Notes under the pieces: model-generated | Seen by the model: only the letters and a program-made list of their open reading frames with translations | The model's database searches: none | Told to the model about the DNA's origin: nothing | Part shown: in pieces, positions 22,023-24,000 of the stretch | Position numbering within the stretch: the stretch's first letter is position 1 | How the letters are laid out: each line of letters starts with the position of its first letter | Source of the DNA: Candidatus Gastranaerophilaceae bacterium | Lineage (GTDB): Bacteria; Cyanobacteriota; Vampirovibrionia; Gastranaerophilales; Gastranaerophilaceae | Reading direction: 5' to 3' | Assembly: GCA_031550975.1 (NCBI GenBank) | Contig: JAVBOC010000001.1 | Location: 69,104-93,103, forward strand | Length of the DNA stretch: 24,000 bases | Translations under genes and position numbers: made by a program

Positions 22023-22961
22023 TTATTTTATACACCGTGCGTGGCGATAGTTGTCACCAGCTACGCAAGTGCATATAATGCCGTTACCGGTTGTATTTTT
22101 TGGGTATAAACTACAAGCACGGCCTGCCATGCTGGTATGGGCTTCAGCCAACCAGTAATAGTCGCTGCAACTGTTTCCAGATTGGCAGTAATTCCAAACG
22201 GACATGGCTTCTGTATTTTTTGGGCATAATGTGGTTGAAAGACCGATATCGAAACAATTACCATTTGTCCATTCGCCGGAAGGTAAGTGTATTCCTCCGC
22301 CTTGCGCGTCACATTTATTTTTAGCATCCTGCCAGTTAGCTGCTGAGAATTCGGGTCCTATGCACTTGCCGTTGCAACATCCCCAGCCTTCGGGACATCC
22401 GTTACAGTTGCTTCCCGGGCATGAGCTGACGGTAGTTTTTCCAAGGTTGAAACCCCAGATGTCTTTTTCCATTTCGTTAGGGCCTTCGTTGCCGTTGGTG
22501 TCGTAGAGCATTGCTATACTGCAATCAGCTACTTCCTGCCCAAGTGAGGCAGGATCCAAGTTACAGTTCGGGTCGTAAGCTATAATAACATTAGCACCGT
22601 TTACCAATTTAAAGGCTCTTGCCTCTCCGAAGCCATCGCCTGTGTTGAACTCCGAAACCTTATCGCTAACAAAGCAGTTGGCGAGGTCTGTCCCGCAATC
22701 TTCTCCAACTTTCATGAAGTTTTTCAGCCCTTCGACGAAATTTCCGGTATTAGTATGACCGGTCAATCTTCCGCGTGCGTGCATTTGGCTGACTGCTTCA
22801 AACATGCGGTTTTTAAATACCTTGTTTGCTGTGTCCCAGCGTTCTTGCTGCCAATTTTTCATTAGTGCGGGGATAGTTAGCGCTGCAACAATACCAATGA
22901 CTCCGAGTACAATTAGCACTTCAGCTAAAGTGAAGCCTTCCTTTGTAAGATATTTTTTCAT
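22023..22961 (-). CDS. Type IV pilin / pseudopilin-like protein with a Cys-rich C-terminal module
   Basis: The start is moved to the ATG at 22961 because AAGGAG lies 8 nt upstream. The leader MKKYLTKEG is followed by FTLAEVLIVLGVIGIVAALTIP, giving the prepilin G/F cleavage-methylation motif with Glu+5. The last 134 aa contain 15 of the 19 Cys residues (hand count). Confidence 0.85.
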   Translation of the reverse strand: MKKYLTKEGFTLAEVLIVLGVIGIVAALTIPALMKNWQQERWDTANKVFKNRMFEAVSQMHARGRLTGHTNTGNFVEGLKNFMKVGEDCGTDLANCFVSDKVSEFNTGDGFGEARAFKLVNGANVIIAYDPNCNLDPASLGQEVADCSIAMLYDTNGNEGPNEMEKDIWGFNLGKTTVSSCPGSNCNGCPEGWGCCNGKCIGPEFSAANWQDAKNKCDAQGGGIHLPSGEWTNGNCFDIGLSTTLCPKNTEAMSVWNYCQSGNSCSDYYWLAEAHTSMAGRACSLYPKNTTGNGIICTCVAGDNYRHARCIK

Positions 22962-22990
22962 CCCAATTCTCCTTTTATGCATATTCATGT

Positions 22991-23019
22991 ATTATACCCA
23001 GTTTTGCAAAAAATGTAAA
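22991..23019 (-). promoter_or_regulatory. Near-consensus sigma70-type promoter of the pilin gene
   Basis: Minus strand: TTTACA (23019-23014), a 17-nt spacer, then TATAAT (22996-22991). It lies about 29 nt upstream of the ATG and immediately downstream of the preceding gene's stop codon. Confidence 0.55.
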
Positions 23020-23026
23020 CGGGATG

Positions 23027-24000
23027 TTATGCTTGGTTCGAGATACGCTTGCGGTCGCCTTCGATTCCGGGTTCAAGTTTTGTGCCAAGGAATTTTTCGC
23101 GGAATGCAAACTGGGCTTTTGGCAACCCGTATGCGAGTAAGATACTGCTCACAACAACGTTAGTTAAGACGTTAAAATATTTTAAACCTTTAGCTTTTTT
23201 TAGAGCTTGTGCGACATCTTTGCCGGAAGTGCTGTCGGCAAAGATTGCTATCGCGTCACGGAATTTGCCGAGGTCTTTAACGTCCACCCAGGCGCGCGGG
23301 TCGCGGACTTCTCTTTCAATCCCTTTTATCATTTTCACTTTGTTGAATTTTTTAGCGTAAGTTACAAACAGACTGTCAGGGTTGTTGTCAATAAATTTAA
23401 ATAAGTCTTCTGCTGAAGCTGATTTTGGCAATTCTAGTTTACCGTTTTTAATCTGCTCGCGGAAGGCGCCATCAGCAAGGATTATCGGGTCGATATTTGT
23501 GCCGGTAATCCCGTCAAGTCCTTTTGCAATCCATTTTGGGGCAACGAAGTTTAAGAACAACATTCCCGCCATCTTGAATTCTGTGTCCCAAAAAGCATCG
23601 CGGTTACGTGCGGTTGCGCCGCGGCCCACAGCATAACCCCCGTCAACAAAAATCATTTTTGTTTGCGGGGAGCAGTTTGCAATCGCTGCAACGATGTTGC
23701 TTGAACCGAACGAAGGCTTAGTCTTGTCTGCTTTTTTTGCATTTTCTATTTGTGCTGTCTTGCGTCTTGCTTCCTCAAGTTTTTTAGCGGTTGACGCAAA
23801 GATTAGTTTTGGGATAACCCAGCCCATTAAGACAATCGGGATAAGTGTCGCGGCGGTGAATTTGCCGGCGATATATTTTTGGAAAAGCCCGCTTTTTGCT
23901 TTTACTTTGCTCAGATCGTCAAGAATTTCTGGTGCGACTTTGCCCTTAAACTCTTTAAAGTTTCGCTCAATACCTTGATACCCGTCGTCTTTAAACAGTT
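23027..24000 (-). CDS. Hypothetical membrane protein, 5'-truncated by the window edge
   Basis: The track ORF is 23027..23827. Hand translation shows the same frame stays open to position 23998 (LFKDDGYQGIERNFKEFKGKVAPEILDDLSKVKAKSGLFQKYIAGKFTAATLIPIVLMGW...). Hydrophobic segments lie near the MGWVIPKLIF junction and at NVVVSSILLAYGL. No family is recognised. Confidence 0.6.
   Translation of the reverse strand, partial: LFKDDGYQGIERNFKEFKGKVAPEILDDLSKVKAKSGLFQKYIAGKFTAATLIPIVLMGWVIPKLIFASTAKKLEEARRKTAQIENAKKADKTKPSFGSSNIVAAIANCSPQTKMIFVDGGYAVGRGATARNRDAFWDTEFKMAGMLFLNFVAPKWIAKGLDGITGTNIDPIILADGAFREQIKNGKLELPKSASAEDLFKFIDNNPDSLFVTYAKKFNKVKMIKGIEREVRDPRAWVDVKDLGKFRDAIAIFADSTSGKDVAQALKKAKGLKYFNVLTNVVVSSILLAYGLPKAQFAFREKFLGTKLEPGIEGDRKRISNQA

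Overview
This is a co-linear, about 90% coding, housekeeping segment of a bacterial chromosome with moderate GC. I could support 21 protein genes and one tRNA. They are folD, a small coiled-coil ORF, lepB, a short trans-polyprenyl synthase homologue, a 49-aa ORF, uvrA, tRNA-Leu(CAG), hup (HU), a processive-type GT2 glycosyltransferase, apt, a pilin-like protein, a PHP phosphoesterase, ymdB, rny, pepA, an Amidase_3 cell-wall amidase, alaS, dut, an alanine/glycine:cation symporter, a family-4 uracil-DNA glycosylase, a type IV pilin with a Cys-rich C-terminal module, and a 5'-truncated membrane protein at the right edge. I found no defence island, CRISPR array, toxin-antitoxin pair, transposase or phage genes. 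The unusual content is non-coding. By my hand count, about 1.2 kb of the about 2.4 kb of intergenic DNA is repeat-derived. (1) A superfamily of GTCAT-terminated, nested-palindrome elements resembling REPINs or MITEs has eight clear copies and two eroded ones. Their hairpin arms show repeated compensatory base changes. (2) A roughly 76-87 nt structured element occurs twice, each time starting at the nucleotide after a TAG stop codon and in the orientation of that gene. (3) A 9-bp-stem CAAAAC hairpin module occurs once inside one element and once alone upstream of tRNA-Leu. (4) TCCCTAR heptanucleotide tandem repeats occur once between genes and once in frame inside ymdB. Protein-level oddities are a polyprenyl synthase with a degenerate second Asp-rich motif, an rny-ymdB-PHP phosphoesterase cluster, and two pilin-like proteins that share a DxNG...PN...KD..G.N motif. 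The HU sequence, the heptamer repeats and the pilins are compatible with a cyanobacteria-related non-photosynthetic lineage, but that placement is a low-confidence guess. All similarity statements come from reading motifs by eye; no database search was run.
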